NCBI RefSeq assembly: GCF_004010195.1
Contig: NC_057713.1
Coordinates: 133,356,561-133,420,560, forward strand
Origin: Chiloscyllium plagiosum
Lineage: Eukaryota
Direction of reading: 5' to 3'
DNA length: 64,000 bases
The notes below the pieces were generated by a model. The model made no database searches. It saw nothing but the letters and a program-made list of their open reading frames with translations, and had not been told where the DNA came from. This document shows positions 62,761 through 64,000 of the stretch, in pieces; the stretch's first letter is position 1; each line of letters opens with the position of its first letter. Made by a program: the position numbers and the translations under genes.

Positions 62761-62819
62761 GAATGCTCACTGCTCTCACTCCAACCCCTTTCTCTGAGGA
62801 TCTAAAATTTGAATTTAAT

Positions 62820-63143
62820 GGGCAGCACAGTGACTCAGTGGTTAGCACTGCTGCCTCACAACGCCAGGGACACAGGTTCAATTCCAGCCTAGGACGACTC
62901 TCTGTGTGGAGTTTGCACACTCTCCCCGTGTCTGCGTGGGTTTCCTCCGGGTGCATTGGTTTCCTCCCACAATCCAAAGATGCGCAGGTTAGGTGAATTG
63001 TCCGTGCTAAATTACTCAGTGTTCAGGATGTGTAGGTTAGGTACATTAGTCAGGGATAAATGTAGGGGAATGTGCCTGGGTGGGTTAGTCTTCGGAGGGT
63101 AGGTGTGGACTTGTTGGGCTGAAGGGCCTGTTTCCATACTGTA
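62820..63143 (+). mobile_element. HE1-like V-SINE, full length
   Basis: A and B boxes, V-domain, CR1-like tail GGGCTGAAGGGCCTGTTTCC. Confidence 0.9.
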
Positions 63144-64000
63144 ATTACTCAGACTGGGATTCCATGCAGGATGGAGCGTGCACAATGGAAGGGGATTGGA
63201 ACTTTGCTTTTCTCTCAGTGGATGCTTGAAAACAGGGTTACTGGAACAAACTGCAGTAAACTCAAAGTTACAGTATTGTAAACAATCGCCTTCTTACCCA
63301 GGGAATAGATTTTCCCCAACTCCCAGGATGTTTTGCAAATATTTGAGCTGAAAGTAAGATCAAAGAGGTCCAAGCAGAGCAGATTGTAACTTGAAATGGT
63401 GGTGGAAATGCGCACTACCTATAGAGAGGGGCAAAAAAATCTCTTCAGGTGACTGACCTTGACAGAATACTTATCTCTCCTTTGACTTGTTAATATGCAG
63501 CCAATGCTGTGACTTTCTGTATTGCCAACACTTTGTGATGAGCTCTCCTCCCTTCACTGCATTGCCAAGCAATGCTCGGCTGCTGCCTGGAACTCACTGT
63601 ACTCTGTTCCATTTGCCGTTAATATCATTGTTAACATTCACTCTTTGTATTTCATACTTATACTAAATATGAGGAAGCTTCATTATATGCATCAGATATT
63701 TGCAGTGGTCAGAGTAAAGATGTCAAATAATGTCAGTGTACAATTGAAAAGGTGAAAATTTTATACAATAATTCAATTTCTTCCAAAACTTTGGCTGCCC
63801 TGCAATTTAAATGCTCTTTTATATTCGTTAATTGCAAGCCTTAGGGTACGCAGTAACAGAACTGTTACCTTCACTGCTGCGATTTGGTTTAGAATTCATA
63901 CTCGTGAATTAAACATAACACAATTTCACATGAGACTATGAAAATCTCTTACAGTTATGAATGCTTCATGTGGTAAATTATAAGGATATTCATTTATTAA

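Overview
Repeat-rich vertebrate genomic DNA, very likely a shark (inferred from HE1-type V-SINEs and CR1/HER1-type LINEs). It looks intronic or intergenic, with assembly gaps at 2534-2545, 5093-5911 and 32547-32716. No host protein-coding gene is recognisable, and nearly all track ORFs are transposon fragments, antisense frames or gap artefacts. The window holds many CR1 fragments, HE1-like and other SINEs, Rex1, RTE and Tx1 LINE remnants, solo LTRs, a Harbinger-like relic, a 1.3-kb 18-bp minisatellite and a tRNA-Asn pseudogene. The main signal is about 30 short elements in three families (two linked here to Penelope GIY-YIG sequence, one presumed Penelope-like), all built around a minimal hammerhead-ribozyme motif (CTGANGA-A-stem II-GAAA-palindrome) with covarying stems. 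Many are inverted pairs bounded by target-site duplications, which places a ribozyme motif on each strand. Two sit at the junction of unusually long duplications (56 bp and about 165 bp). Repeat boundaries are approximate, read by eye, and family names come from recalled consensus features, not database searches.
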